Source of the DNA: Embleya sp. NBC_00888
Lineage (GTDB): Bacteria > Actinomycetota > Actinomycetes > Streptomycetales > Streptomycetaceae
Length of the DNA: 24,000 nt
Reading direction: 5' to 3'
Assembly (NCBI RefSeq): GCF_045207655.1
Contig: NZ_CP108784.1
Span: forward strand, 230,016-254,015
Of the stretch, positions 23,704 through 24,000 are shown one piece after another (position 1 is the stretch's first letter; each line of letters opens with the position of its first letter). Below the pieces are notes generated by a model. The model saw only the letters and a program-made list of their open reading frames with translations. It had not been told where the DNA came from and did no database searches. The translations under genes were made by a program, and so were the position numbers.

Positions 23704-24000
23704 TCAGTGAACTATCGCTGGGTGCAAGGTGATGACCTTCGCCGATGCCTTGCGGGTGGGCAGGAGCACCTGCCCTTTGGTCCGGTAGGAGTACTTTGAA
23801 TCGGGCCGCTCGATCAGGCGGTCGGCCTCGCGTCTGCGTCGGGGGCCCCTGTCGAGTTTCCGGCGCGGTTTGGATGCCGGCATGGCCATGAACCGGCCGA
23901 TCTTCACCGCGGTGGTCGTGGTCTGACTGACCACACTGCGCCGCACGTGCTTGAGCACCTTGAGGAAGGAGACCCGGTCCGGGTCGATGTTCCCGCCGTC
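23704..24000 (-). CDS. IS4-family-like transposase, C-terminal end (gene continues beyond the window)
   Basis: The minus frame is open to nt 24000. DGGNIDPDRVSFLKVLKHVRRSVVSQ...RLIERPDSKYSYRTKG...* matches two features typical of IS4-family C-termini, as I recall them: the DPDR(I/L/V)SF motif followed by ..VRR.V, and a basic tail. Only 98 codons are visible. Confidence 0.5.
   Translation of the reverse strand, partial: DGGNIDPDRVSFLKVLKHVRRSVVSQTTTTAVKIGRFMAMPASKPRRKLDRGPRRRREADRLIERPDSKYSYRTKGQVLLPTRKASAKVITLHPAIVH

Overview
High-GC (roughly 70%) actinobacterial, Streptomyces-like accessory DNA; the taxon is an inference from composition, codon bias and the IS families present. From left to right:

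- **1-6387:** two convergent, paralogous large modular hypothetical proteins (1-1722 +, 5'-partial; 3778-6387 -). They bracket a small island holding a putative lipoprotein, a YciI-family protein, a hypothetical protein and a NUDIX hydrolase.
- **6518-7355:** an NmrA-family pseudogene spread over three reading frames.
- **About 7415-11278 (-):** a nested pair of group II introns (twintron). The inner intron (7949-9877) sits exactly inside the reverse-transcriptase ORF of the related outer intron.
- **About 11.3-12.1 kb:** about 0.8 kb with no assignable gene.
- **12111-14008:** a protein made only of DnaB N-terminal-like domains, then a small ORF whose coding signal continues past an in-frame TAG and a frame change.
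- **14009-14550:** a lower-GC spacer with about 34-bp tandem repeats.
- **14551-17711:** a lactococcin-972-type bacteriocin operon (precursor, large DUF1430-type membrane protein, ABC ATPase).
- **17745-18313:** an ISL3 transposase remnant.
- **18579-22147:** a PadR / ABC-ATPase / double-FtsX permease operon with a palindromic operator over its -10 element.
- **22554-24000:** a pile-up of four different truncated IS transposase fragments.

I recognised no rRNA, tRNA or CRISPR array. All family assignments are from motif recognition by eye; no database search was possible.
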